Origin: Candidatus Heimdallarchaeota archaeon | GTDB lineage: Archaea > Asgardarchaeota > Heimdallarchaeia > Heimdallarchaeales > Heimdallarchaeaceae | Direction: 5' to 3' | Assembly (NCBI GenBank): GCA_016839945.1 | Contig: JAEOTE010000027.1 | Location: forward strand, 9,015 to 73,014 | Length of the DNA stretch: 64,000 bases | Shown here: one piece after another, positions 27,924 through 36,956 of the stretch | How positions within the stretch are numbered: the stretch's first letter is position 1 | Layout of the letters: every line of letters begins with the position of its first letter | Made by a program: the position numbers and the translations under genes | The notes under the pieces: model-generated | Told to the model about the DNA's origin: nothing | The model's input: only the letters and a program-made list of their open reading frames with translations | The model's database searches: none

Positions 27924-29066
27924 ATGAAGAAAGTTGTTATACTTGGTGGTGGATTTTCAGGGATATCAGTAGCTAATAAATTAGCTATGAAAACTAAAAG
28001 AAAGGACGTAGGAATCGTTCTTATTGAACCTAGAGATCATTTGGTATATGAACCACAATTATTATTCTGGGCTTTTAAAAACTATCCTCTATCTAAATTT
28101 ACTAAACCTGTCACCAAAGTGCTAAATCCTCGAGTAACTTGGATTCAAACTAAAGCAACAAAGATTGATGATACTCAGAGAGCTGTTGAATTATCTAATG
28201 GTGAAACAATCTACTATGATTACTTAATTATTGCAACTGGTGCAAGCATGGAAGAGGATAAAATAGGAGCAACACATGATGATAATGTTCATCACTTCTA
28301 TCTTCCTAAAGCAACTGAAGAACTTCAAAAGTCTTTAAGTAACTTTGAGGGAGGAACAATACTAATCTCCCCAACAACTATACCTTTTAAGTGTCCTCCT
28401 GCTCCAAATGAGTTTGCTTTCCTTTTAGACAACTACCTTAGGAAGAGAGGAATCAGAGATAAAACAAAGATAAAATTTCTATATCCACTTCTACGAGCTT
28501 ACCCAGTACCTTCTGTTGCTGAAAAAATTCAAGAATTATATGAAAAACGTGGAATTGAATTTGTTGAATTTTTCAATTTTGAAAGTGTAGATAAAGATAA
28601 CAAAAAAGTAATATCTTTAGAAGGAGATGAATTCGAATACGATATGTTAGTTTTGGTACCTCCTCATGAGGGTCAAGAAGTGATAAAGAATTCCGGGTTA
28701 GGTGACAGAGAAGGATTTGTACATACTGATAGATTTACACTTAAGGTTAAAGAGAAAGAAAATATTTATGCTATTGGTGATTGTACTGATTTACCTGTAT
28801 CAAAATCAGGAGCTGTATCACACTTCTCTTCTGGTACTCTAGTAAAAAACATTCTCTCCGAAATTAAAGGTAAATCTGCGAATCATAAATACAATGGCAA
28901 AACCATATGCTTTGTAGTAACCTCATTCCGAAGATCTCTATTATTAGATTTTAGTTACAATTATCCTCCAAGAAGATATGGGATACATAACTCGTTCATT
29001 TACGGTTTATTCAAAAAAGTGTTCAAAATAGCATTCTTTCAAGTTTTAGTGAAAGGCTATATGTAG
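27924..29066 (+). CDS. FAD-dependent pyridine nucleotide-disulfide oxidoreductase, sulfide:quinone oxidoreductase (SQR)-like
   Basis: 'KKVVILGGGFSGISVA' FAD motif, 'IPFKCPPAPNEF' (conserved SQR-type Cys), 'IYAIGDCTD', and a later Cys in 'KTICFVV'. Confidence 0.7.
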   Translation: MKKVVILGGGFSGISVANKLAMKTKRKDVGIVLIEPRDHLVYEPQLLFWAFKNYPLSKFTKPVTKVLNPRVTWIQTKATKIDDTQRAVELSNGETIYYDYLIIATGASMEEDKIGATHDDNVHHFYLPKATEELQKSLSNFEGGTILISPTTIPFKCPPAPNEFAFLLDNYLRKRGIRDKTKIKFLYPLLRAYPVPSVAEKIQELYEKRGIEFVEFFNFESVDKDNKKVISLEGDEFEYDMLVLVPPHEGQEVIKNSGLGDREGFVHTDRFTLKVKEKENIYAIGDCTDLPVSKSGAVSHFSSGTLVKNILSEIKGKSANHKYNGKTICFVVTSFRRSLLLDFSYNYPPRRYGIHNSFIYGLFKKVFKIAFFQVLVKGYM

Positions 29067-29076
29067 GTGAAAAAAA

Positions 29077-29316
29077 ATGTCAAATATAAAAATAGCAAAA
29101 ACTCTAGATGCAAGAAACTTGAGTTGTCCCCTCCCTATTCTTAAGACAAAAAAAGCAATAGCTGAAATTGGAATAGGTGACTTTTTAGAAATTTTAGCAA
29201 CTGATCCCGGATCAGAATCAGATTTTCAAGCTTGGACTAAATCTACAGGTCATGAGCTTGCAGATCACTCTCAAGATGGTGGGATTTATCGTTATATAAT
29301 TAAAAGAACAAAATAG
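29077..29316 (+). CDS. tusA: TusA-like sulfur carrier protein, second copy
   Basis: 'ARNLSCPLPILKTKKAI' CPxP motif, 79 aa, 'aggtga' SD. Confidence 0.8.
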   Translation: MSNIKIAKTLDARNLSCPLPILKTKKAIAEIGIGDFLEILATDPGSESDFQAWTKSTGHELADHSQDGGIYRYIIKRTK

Positions 29317-29326
29317 AGGTATTGAA

Positions 29327-29800
29327 ATGTCTGAAAAAAAGAAAAGAATCGCAATAATAGCTTCTAAAGCTGATATTCCTGGAGCTTATCCTCCCTTATT
29401 ATTAGCTACAACAGCAGCTGCAATGGACTATGAAGTAAGTATATTTTTCACATTTTTCGGTTTAAATCTACTGAAAAAAAAGAAATTGAAGAAAGTAAAA
29501 ATAACACCTGCTGGTGAAACTGCAATGCCAATGCCAATTCCTCAAGTCGTTGGTATGTTACCTGGAATGACAGCAATGGCAACCAAAATGATGAAAAGCT
29601 GGATGAAAAAGGCAAATGTAGCAACTCTTCAAGAGTTAATGGACATAGCAATTGAATCAGGTGTTGAGCTTATAGCTTGTGAAATGACAAAATCAGTAAT
29701 GCGAATAAAGGATAAACAGCTTATCGATGGGTGTACACCTGGAGGAGCTGCAACTTTCTTAGAATATGCATCTGAAGCAGAAATAACACTCTTTATCTAG
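29327..29800 (+). CDS. DsrE/DsrF-like family protein (long form)
   Basis: 'RIAIIASKADIPGAYPPLLLATTAAAMDYEVSIFFTFFGLNLL' and 'GVELIACEMT' follow the DsrE/F-like pattern, with a Met-rich insert. Confidence 0.7.
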   Translation: MSEKKKRIAIIASKADIPGAYPPLLLATTAAAMDYEVSIFFTFFGLNLLKKKKLKKVKITPAGETAMPMPIPQVVGMLPGMTAMATKMMKSWMKKANVATLQELMDIAIESGVELIACEMTKSVMRIKDKQLIDGCTPGGAATFLEYASEAEITLFI

Positions 29801-29808
29801 GTGATTTT

Positions 29809-30177
29809 TTGACACAAAAAGTTCTCATTATGGTCACTTTTGGGGAAGATTATCCTGATAGACTAGAACCCCCACTTCATTTGGCAACCTTAGCTTCTAC
29901 TCTTGATGCTGAAGTACAGATGGTGTATACTGCTAGCGGTGGTTTATTGCTTAAAAAAGGAAATGCTGAAAGAATCATCCCGATGGAAGGGAAAGAACCA
30001 TACATTGAGCATGTTAGACAAGTGAAGGAATTTGGTGTAAAAATCTTTGTTTGTACTCCAACTTTAGAAAGATATGGATTAACTAGAGCCGATTTCATTG
30101 ATGAAGTTGATGACATAGTTGGAGGAATGTACGCAATTACTGAAGCACTTGATTCTGATGTAACTTTTACATTCTGA
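29809..30177 (+). CDS. DsrE family sulfur-relay protein (about 120 aa form)
   Basis: 'KVLIMVTFGEDYPDRLEPPLHLA' and 'GVKIFVCTPTLERYGL' (conserved Cys). TTG start with 'aggtga' SD. Confidence 0.7.
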   Translation: MTQKVLIMVTFGEDYPDRLEPPLHLATLASTLDAEVQMVYTASGGLLLKKGNAERIIPMEGKEPYIEHVRQVKEFGVKIFVCTPTLERYGLTRADFIDEVDDIVGGMYAITEALDSDVTFTF

Positions 30178-30187
30178 TGTGAAGAAA

Positions 30188-30595
30188 ATGACTTTTTCTC
30201 TTTCTTCCTTTGAATCGGATGATTTAACTTGTTTTGATATTCTAAAGGTTTATTATGCTCTTACAAATATTGAGTTAGAGATACTATCTGCAGTTCATAT
30301 AAATCAACCTATAGATATTAAGGGAATTACTGAAATAATCCCAAAAGATAGGACTACAATTTCAAGATCAATTAAGAGATTGATGAGTATTGGTTTTGCA
30401 AAGCAAGATAGAATTTGTTTAGAAAAGGGAGGTTACAAATATCTTTACTCAACTCTATCAATAAAGGAAATTAGAGAAAAAACCACTAAATTAATTGAAA
30501 GGATAAACAATAGAATGATTAGTGCTATATCTCAATTAACTGAAGAGAAATGTATACAGATTTACAAGGAAATAGAAGAAAAATATCCCAAATAA
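30188..30595 (+). CDS. Winged-helix (MarR/TrmB-like) transcriptional regulator
   Basis: 'ILSAVHINQPIDIKGITEIIPKDRTTISRSIKRLMSIGFAKQD' is an HTH plus wing pattern. Directly follows the sulfur cluster (GTG at 30179 or ATG at 30188). Confidence 0.6.
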   Translation: MTFSLSSFESDDLTCFDILKVYYALTNIELEILSAVHINQPIDIKGITEIIPKDRTTISRSIKRLMSIGFAKQDRICLEKGGYKYLYSTLSIKEIREKTTKLIERINNRMISAISQLTEEKCIQIYKEIEEKYPK

Positions 30596-30657
30596 TAAAT
30601 TCAGAACTAAAAGACTAATTTGTTATTTTTCATTTTAATCATTTATGCTTATTCAAA

Positions 30658-31554
30658 TTAGGTATAAAAGAGGGATAAGGATTTAACTAATTGAGCATGA
30701 AATTTATTTCTTCTTGAGAACGGAATATCTAATTGATATCTTTTTGTGAATAGTTTTTGGAGTTCTTTATGCTCATCATAATATTTTCCAATTACCCAGT
30801 TTGCATGTTCTTTGAGAAGTTTTTCATACTCTTCTCTGACTATTAAATATATATACCAATCTAGATATTTTTCCTCTTCTTCTGCAATTTTTGTTATTTT
30901 TGATTGTAGATTGCTTATTTTTACTTTATCTAAATATACTTCTTCTTTTGAGAAAAAGTAGAGTAAATTATGTACTAAGAATTTATTACAATTTTCATCA
31001 GAATAGCTTATTAAGGAAAAATCATATGAAGCTTCGAAGGGTATAGCTTTATCAACAAGACTTACTAAATCTATTAAATCTTTAAGTTCTAAATCAGGTT
31101 GAACTATTACACGCGGTTCTATCATAGCAGCAACAATCAGTTCTCTAAGTGTTTTCATTTCTATTTTATCTAGTATTTCATTTTTCGATCTTCGAAAAGC
31201 ATCTTCTTCTAACAATCCAGGTTCTTCGTTTATATCATCAAACAATTTTGTATGAGTTAAAGGTGAGGAATAGAAATTAAGTGAATTGAAGTTGTATTCT
31301 TCAGAAGGAATGATTAGACTATGTGACAGAGCTTTTGGTCTCCCATATTGATCAAATCCGTCACTTCTAACTAGTTTCACAATGATATTTCCTGATTCAT
31401 GAGTATATTTTGAAACATATTTAAGATGAGGATGTTCCTTTGTTGAAAGTTCTGGCATAAAAACAATAGAATCTTTGGATAATTCTTCAGGTAAATCAGA
31501 TAGAAAGATATGATAACCCACATTATCGTCTCTTCTTGCTATAACTTGGAACAT
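30658..31554 (-). CDS. Hypothetical protein (298 aa)
   Basis: Clean ORF with ATG start and no motif I can assign. The N-terminal beta-rich segment 'GNIIVKLVRSDGFDQYGRPKALSHSLIIP' is only vaguely longin/DENN-like. Confidence 0.45.
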   Translation of the reverse strand: MFQVIARRDDNVGYHIFLSDLPEELSKDSIVFMPELSTKEHPHLKYVSKYTHESGNIIVKLVRSDGFDQYGRPKALSHSLIIPSEEYNFNSLNFYSSPLTHTKLFDDINEEPGLLEEDAFRRSKNEILDKIEMKTLRELIVAAMIEPRVIVQPDLELKDLIDLVSLVDKAIPFEASYDFSLISYSDENCNKFLVHNLLYFFSKEEVYLDKVKISNLQSKITKIAEEEEKYLDWYIYLIVREEYEKLLKEHANWVIGKYYDEHKELQKLFTKRYQLDIPFSRRNKFHAQLVKSLSLFYT

Positions 31555-31654
31555 CTATGTCTACTTAAGTTTAGTACAAATTTAATTTTTGTGATATTAT
31601 TTTCATTAAAGTAGTTTCAAAATATTCTTAAGTATTGATTGGAAAAAATATTCA

Positions 31655-32686
31655 ATGTCTGAAAATCCACAACTCTCTGAATTGCTACTAAGAATTGAAG
31701 ATTTAATAATAGAAAATAAAACAAATGATGCTATAAAAATCCTTGAAGAAAGACTATTAGAATTCGAAGATTGTTCAGAAATTTTTAACGCATTGGGTGA
31801 GTTATACTTGATGGAGAACAATGCAAATACTGCATTAAGATATTTGAACAGAGCACTAGAATTAACCCCGGAAGATTTGGATACTTTAGAGCTTCTTGGG
31901 GATGCTTACAATTCAATAGAAGAATACAATCAAGCCAAAATCTCATGGATTAAAGTCATTGAAATAGACTCACGAAAATACAAAATCTGGCAAAAGTTAG
32001 GAGTGTTGTACTATGAAACTGGAGAGTACGTAAATGCAAATCAAGCTCTATCCAAATTTTTAGAATTCGAAGAAGATGCAGAAATTTATAGCTTATTAGC
32101 TACAATCTTCCAAAAGATGGGAAATGAAATAGAGTGTTGGAACAACCTGATGAAAGCTGAAGAAATTGATCCCACTAATGACAGAATACTTGTCCAAATA
32201 GGTCAAACATATTTTGAGCTTGATAATTTTGATAGGGCTGTTGAATACTTAATCAAAGCTTCAGAAGCTAATCCATCCAACTTGTCTGCTTGGTTTCAAC
32301 TAGGAAAATCTTATACAGAAAAACAAAGTTTCGTACAAGCAATAGAGTCATTCTATAAAGTTATAGAAATTGATCCTGATAATGTGCTTGGATACTATAA
32401 CTTAGCAAAAATTTACGCTGCTGATGCAAAAATCGAAGACGCTATCAAGTATTATAAAGAATGTTTGAACCATGATCCTTCTTTTGAAGATGCTTCATTA
32501 TCCTTAGCTTCCCTTTATTGGGCTTCAAAAGAATTTGAAAGTGCATTATCATTGCTCCAAGAAGCTCTTCGATACAATGAAAGTAGTCAGATATTTCGTT
32601 TGATAGGGGACATATTTGAAGAGCTGGGAGAGATAGAAAAAGCTCAGAACAGCTGGGAAAGAGCATCAAAATTAGAAGAGGGATAG
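31655..32686 (+). CDS. Tetratricopeptide (TPR) repeat protein
   Basis: About 8 successive 34-aa units with the W/L-G-Y-A-F-A-P pattern (e.g. 'AWFQLGKSYTEKQSFVQAIESFYKVIEIDPDN'). Confidence 0.85.
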   Translation: MSENPQLSELLLRIEDLIIENKTNDAIKILEERLLEFEDCSEIFNALGELYLMENNANTALRYLNRALELTPEDLDTLELLGDAYNSIEEYNQAKISWIKVIEIDSRKYKIWQKLGVLYYETGEYVNANQALSKFLEFEEDAEIYSLLATIFQKMGNEIECWNNLMKAEEIDPTNDRILVQIGQTYFELDNFDRAVEYLIKASEANPSNLSAWFQLGKSYTEKQSFVQAIESFYKVIEIDPDNVLGYYNLAKIYAADAKIEDAIKYYKECLNHDPSFEDASLSLASLYWASKEFESALSLLQEALRYNESSQIFRLIGDIFEELGEIEKAQNSWERASKLEEG

Positions 32687-32739
32687 CTATTTTACGTGGA
32701 GCAGTTATTGAATTTACTCAAGAACTAAATGGAACCTAT

Positions 32740-33096
32740 ATGCTTTTTCTTGAGATAATTAAACCTTCTAATATTCAAATAGGAAATAAAGAAATTTTGC
32801 TTGAAAATGGATTCTATATCTATGTCGGAAGCGCTTTTGGAGGAGGGGGATTGTCATCCAGAATTCATAGGCACCTTCGAAGAGAAAAAAAATTACATTG
32901 GCACATTGATCAAATCACTTCAAAGGACATATGTCAATTTCATGGTGTAGCTGTTTTCCCAAATGAAAAATCTGAATGTGAAATATCTAATTCATTATCT
33001 AGAACTAACAAGATAAGACCAATCAAAGATTTTGGTAGTAGTGATTGTACACAGAGATGTATTAGTCACTTCTTTTTTGTGGAACCTGAATCTTAA
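32740..33096 (+). CDS. DUF123 / GIY-YIG-like nuclease domain protein
   Basis: 'GFYIYVGSAFGGGGLSSRIHRHLRREKKLHWHIDQI' matches the DUF123 core (G.Y.YvGSA...Rl.RH...K..WHID). Confidence 0.7.
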   Translation: MLFLEIIKPSNIQIGNKEILLENGFYIYVGSAFGGGGLSSRIHRHLRREKKLHWHIDQITSKDICQFHGVAVFPNEKSECEISNSLSRTNKIRPIKDFGSSDCTQRCISHFFFVEPES

Positions 33097-33117
33097 ACTA
33101 TGTGCTAGAGAGACTTC

Positions 33118-34221
33118 TCAAGCAAGTAGATGTTTATTTCCTAGGTTTACGTTCTTCAAATGTTTCTTTGCAACTCTAAAACAGCTTTCTGCTTGTTCTC
33201 TAGATGTCAAAAGCATATCAGTAAATTCAAAGTGAGGATAGAAACCTAATAATGAATAAGGAATATTTTCATTTATGGATGCAATGAAAGATGCAATATT
33301 TTCTACTTCTTCTTCATCTATATAACCTGGAACTAAGAGAGTTGTTGCATTCAATACAGGAAGCTCAAGTCGTCTTTCAAAAAATGTTTCTCCTACATAT
33401 CTGAAATTCTCCAGAACCGGTTTATTATCTACACTTGTTAGAGCTTTGTGAATGTTGGTATCCCAAGCCTTCAAATCAAATTTTATATTTCCTCCAGAAA
33501 GTAGTGATAATTCAGCAGCTTTTTCAACATATTTTTGCTTTCCAAAACCATTCCACTCCCAACATATTCTAGCAATTCTCTTTTGTTCTTTTGCTACTTC
33601 AATTATCCTTTCAGAAGTATGTATAGCGAAAGGAAAATGTGGTTCTGGAGAACCTCCAAAATAGCATACACAAGTTATGCTTTTGTTTGTTTTATAAACA
33701 TCAACTAATCTATTTGTAGAGACTTTAGCTCCAACTTTGATATTCTTATGATTCTGATTCTGACAAAATAAACAATCAAAGGAGCAACCGTAAAAGAAGA
33801 TTGAAAGATTATGATGTCCATACTCTTTTCCCTTTTTTGCAGCATATTCAGGAAAACCTGCTCCTGTTCCTGCTGGACAGAACCAAGCTGCACAACAATT
33901 ACAGGGGAGGGGGTCAAGATAAAAATCTAAGATACCTTGATCGCTGCTAGGCAAAGAAATGAATTTTCCATCTTTATTATATCGTAATCCACAGAAGCTT
34001 TTTTCGTTAAATCCTATTCCACACATATGATTACATAGTGCGCAGTTTGTATCAACACTATGTGGGGCAACAATTGGTAAATTCATCCTTTCTCTTGCTT
34101 TTTTATGAGCAATAGAAATATATTCACCTGTTTTTTCCGGTTCTTTTCTTAGACAATCTTTGCATACTTCTAAAGTGTCAGCAATAAGACTTTCATTCCC
34201 ACAAACTGCACAATTCTGCAT
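33118..34221 (-). CDS. Radical SAM enzyme, PflA / AmmeMemoRadiSam-like activase family
   Basis: 'YGCSFDCLFCQN' (Cx3Cx2C), N-terminal Cys ribbon 'CAVCG...CKDC', and an extra Cys-rich segment 'CALCNHMCG...CGL' plus 'PCNCCAAWFCPAG'. ATG at 34221 (MQNCAVCG) is preferred to 34263. Confidence 0.75.
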   Translation of the reverse strand: MQNCAVCGNESLIADTLEVCKDCLRKEPEKTGEYISIAHKKARERMNLPIVAPHSVDTNCALCNHMCGIGFNEKSFCGLRYNKDGKFISLPSSDQGILDFYLDPLPCNCCAAWFCPAGTGAGFPEYAAKKGKEYGHHNLSIFFYGCSFDCLFCQNQNHKNIKVGAKVSTNRLVDVYKTNKSITCVCYFGGSPEPHFPFAIHTSERIIEVAKEQKRIARICWEWNGFGKQKYVEKAAELSLLSGGNIKFDLKAWDTNIHKALTSVDNKPVLENFRYVGETFFERRLELPVLNATTLLVPGYIDEEEVENIASFIASINENIPYSLLGFYPHFEFTDMLLTSREQAESCFRVAKKHLKNVNLGNKHLLA

Positions 34222-34334
34222 TTTTTTACTTCGTTCAGAGAGAAAGAACATCTGAAGAAACATAGAAATTCTACTTTGTTAATGTTGCGATTACTTTGAG
34301 AAAATTTATTTACTAGCACTTCAATCAACTTATT

Positions 34335-34730
34335 ATGGCTCACACAGTTGTAGTTATTATACTAAACATCGTTTTCCTCTACATTTCTGCAGCTATTCTC
34401 TGTTCAATAATGTTTAGAAGAGATGCTAAGAAATGGAGCTGGCTTAACCTAATAATAGCAGGAATCTGTACTTTGGTTTGGGTATTCGCTCTGAATCTCC
34501 CATTAGGTAGTGCAGCTATAATTACATTCGGAATTATCTTCTTCCTGATTTGTTGGGGACTATGGGTATTAGTAGGCGGTATTTCAGAGAGAAGATCTGT
34601 ATATGCAGCAGCAGGTACTCTAGTAATCTGGTTTCTGATAAGTTGGGTTTTTATGGTAATAATGACCCTTTTCCAAATAACATACTTCTCAGTTGCAGAA
34701 TTTCCAACCTTAATACCATGGTTACCATAA
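34335..34730 (+). CDS. Small 4-TM membrane protein
   Basis: Four clear hydrophobic helices, which the overlapping minus-strand ORF 34379-34768 lacks. Confidence 0.55.
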   Translation: MAHTVVVIILNIVFLYISAAILCSIMFRRDAKKWSWLNLIIAGICTLVWVFALNLPLGSAAIITFGIIFFLICWGLWVLVGGISERRSVYAAAGTLVIWFLISWVFMVIMTLFQITYFSVAEFPTLIPWLP

Positions 34731-34739
34731 ACGGCTAAA

Positions 34740-36110
34740 TTAGGAGAAAAAGAGAACGAAATCTTCAAAATTCAATGGATAGGATAATCTATTTTCTATC
34801 CCTTTTTCTTCTGCATAGTTACTGATTATAACTCTTTTATTTGCACATAGTTTTGAAACTAAGAAAATTGCATTTTTAAAATAAACATGATTTACTAAAC
34901 ATTCAATATGATTAATTTCTTCTATTTTCTTTATGTTCAACTTTGATTTCCAATCTTCACATGGTCCCCCACAATAATATCTAATTGGACATTCCTTACA
35001 TTCTAAAGTAAATATATCTTTTGATTTTTTAAATTCAGTAATGTTGTTAGAAAATAATCCTTCAGACATTGAACCTATCTTATATTTCTCAATACCAATT
35101 AATCCAGAGCATGGATAAAAATTCATATCTGGGCTAATGGCAATTTCATTCTTTCCTGCTAAACATCTTTTATAATATCTCTTTCTAGAGATTATTCTGT
35201 CAATGAATCTAGCGAGATAATCAGATGAACCAAGTTTATAAAGAAAATCTAGTAATTCCTCTTCATTTAATGATAGAAGTTTCTCTATTAGTTTTACTAG
35301 TTCAAGTTTAAAATCCGAAACTGATTTTTCTGTCCATGGTATTTTGGAATTTGGTGTAACTCTAACAGGTCTCATTGAAACATAATTGAATGATTTCATA
35401 TAAGTTGAATAAGTGCTGAAGAGATTAATCATTTTAGAATTTAAAGGTATAATGCAATGCTTTACAACTGTTGCATCAAATCTTGAAATATTTTTTAGTA
35501 CAGTTTCAATCTGTTCTTTATTTTCAAGATCTAGTGATACATTGACATAACCATATTCATTGATGAAATCCACAAATTCATCTGACAAACTCATTAAATT
35601 TGTTGAAGCAGGAAAGAGATAGAAATCAAAATTATATTCTTTTTTAATCTGATTAACATACCGTTCTACTTCTTTGAATAATGAAAAGTCTAATGTAATT
35701 TCACTTGTGAAAAACATAGAAACTGCTAAAGGTGTAGTTGAATTTAGTTTGTTCTTATAATCTGCAAAATAACTGATTGTACGTTGTATATCAATCAGTG
35801 ATATTCTTTCAAAATCTATATGATGATAATCTCTTGAATAACAGTACCAACAATCTAAATTACACTCGAATGTTGGATTGATGACTATGTGTTTAATATC
35901 TTCTTTTAATTCCTTAATATCAATTACAAGCTCTTTTGTCTGTTTGAAAAAATTGTATTTCTTCAATTGATCAATATTTGAAAGTAGACTATCATCTTCT
36001 AAATCCTTAACAAACCAAAACATCTGAGAGTATGGATCTAAGATAAAAAATTGATCATTAATTTCATACAAATACATATCATCTGAGGATTTGATCATAT
36101 CAATCAGCAT
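34740..36110 (-). CDS. Radical SAM / SPASM-domain peptide- or protein-modifying maturase
   Basis: 'NPTFECNLDCWYCYS' (Cx3Cx2C) and C-terminal 'CKECPIRYYCGGPC' (Cx2Cx5Cx3C), preceded by 'CLAGKNEIAISPDMNFYPCSG'. This is the SPASM twin auxiliary-cluster signature. Confidence 0.8.
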   Translation of the reverse strand: MLIDMIKSSDDMYLYEINDQFFILDPYSQMFWFVKDLEDDSLLSNIDQLKKYNFFKQTKELVIDIKELKEDIKHIVINPTFECNLDCWYCYSRDYHHIDFERISLIDIQRTISYFADYKNKLNSTTPLAVSMFFTSEITLDFSLFKEVERYVNQIKKEYNFDFYLFPASTNLMSLSDEFVDFINEYGYVNVSLDLENKEQIETVLKNISRFDATVVKHCIIPLNSKMINLFSTYSTYMKSFNYVSMRPVRVTPNSKIPWTEKSVSDFKLELVKLIEKLLSLNEEELLDFLYKLGSSDYLARFIDRIISRKRYYKRCLAGKNEIAISPDMNFYPCSGLIGIEKYKIGSMSEGLFSNNITEFKKSKDIFTLECKECPIRYYCGGPCEDWKSKLNIKKIEEINHIECLVNHVYFKNAIFLVSKLCANKRVIISNYAEEKGIENRLSYPLNFEDFVLFFS

Positions 36111-36289
36111 GTTGATTCTGATTCAAGTCTTTCTTCATCATCTTGTAAAAACACAGCAACCTTCTCTAGCGCATCATCTTTTTTTTGAAATTTTCCAATA
36201 ATTTTGTTATCTCTAGTGTCTTTAACAACCCACCAGTTTTCTTCGTCTTTATAGATTTCAAAATCACCACAGGTTTCCTTATCTGACAT
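36104..36289 (-). CDS. 61-aa acidic protein, YegP/DUF1508-like repeat; candidate substrate or partner of the SPASM maturase
   Basis: 'GDFEIYKDEENWWVVKDTRDNKIIGKFQKKDDALEKV' resembles one YegP repeat. The stop overlaps the maturase ATG (ACATGCTGA). ATG at 36289 is preferred to the TTG at 36304. Confidence 0.5.
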   Translation of the reverse strand: MSDKETCGDFEIYKDEENWWVVKDTRDNKIIGKFQKKDDALEKVAVFLQDDEERLESESTC

Positions 36290-36401
36290 AGTATCTATCG
36301 TCAAATAAACGAATTGCTATAAATGGTTTTCTTTCAAACTTCTTGATTAAATGAGACCAACAAAAAAACTATAAGTTAGAAAAATAGTGTCATGATACAC
36401 A

Positions 36402-36923
36402 ATGACTGAACGTAATTACAAAATCTCGCTTTGTGGTAATCCAGGAGTGGGAAAAACATCACTTGCTATGAGACGAGCTCAAAATTCATTCCCAGAGTCT
36501 CATCAACCAACCCTAGGTTCTAACTTTTTTATTTGGAATACACAGATTGATGCAAAGGACTTAAGACTCATAATAGCTGATTCAGGCTCTCAAGAAAGGT
36601 TTTACTCCATTCTCCCTAAATATTTTCAAGGTTCATTTGCAGCTGCTATTGTTTATGATATAACAGACAAAGAAAGTTTTGAAAGACTTGATTTTTGGAT
36701 AGAAAAACTGAAAGATAGTGTAGGAGATATACCATTCATTATTGTTGGTAATAAATTAGATCTTGAAATGGATAGGGTGATCTCAAAAGAAGACGGAGAA
36801 AAATTTGCAGAAGGATTAGGTGCAGAATTCTTCGAAGTTTCAGCAATGAAGAAAACAAACTTGAGTCAAATGTTTACAAATTTAGCACGAACAGTCATTG
36901 ATCAAGATAAAGATACTGAATGA
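36402..36923 (+). CDS. Ras/Rab-like small GTPase
   Basis: G1 'GNPGVGKTS', G2 region 'QPTLGSNF', G3 'DSGSQERF' (atypical), G4 'GNKLD', G5 'SAMK'. 173 aa, with no C-terminal Cys. Confidence 0.85.
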   Translation: MTERNYKISLCGNPGVGKTSLAMRRAQNSFPESHQPTLGSNFFIWNTQIDAKDLRLIIADSGSQERFYSILPKYFQGSFAAAIVYDITDKESFERLDFWIEKLKDSVGDIPFIIVGNKLDLEMDRVISKEDGEKFAEGLGAEFFEVSAMKKTNLSQMFTNLARTVIDQDKDTE

Positions 36924-36956
36924 GATTAAATTTTACTAATTTGAGGAGAATCAAAG

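Noticed and set aside
32689-32739. Possible N-terminal extension of the DUF123 gene. Upstream in-frame 'NGTY' continues the family's 'G.Y.L.i' N-terminal pattern.
   Set aside because: There is no ATG, GTG or TTG start in the open upstream frame, which overlaps the end of the TPR gene. I cannot decide without homologue alignment, so I kept the ATG at 32740.
34379-34768. 129-aa minus-strand ORF opposite the 4-TM protein gene.
   Set aside because: It overlaps the 3' end of the SPASM gene and has no coherent features. The plus-strand frame encodes four clean TM helices.
36104-36289. Calling the 61-aa ORF a classical leader-core RiPP precursor.
   Set aside because: It has only two Cys and resembles a folded YegP/DUF1508 repeat rather than a leader peptide plus Cys-rich core. 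It is kept as a substrate or partner hypothesis only.
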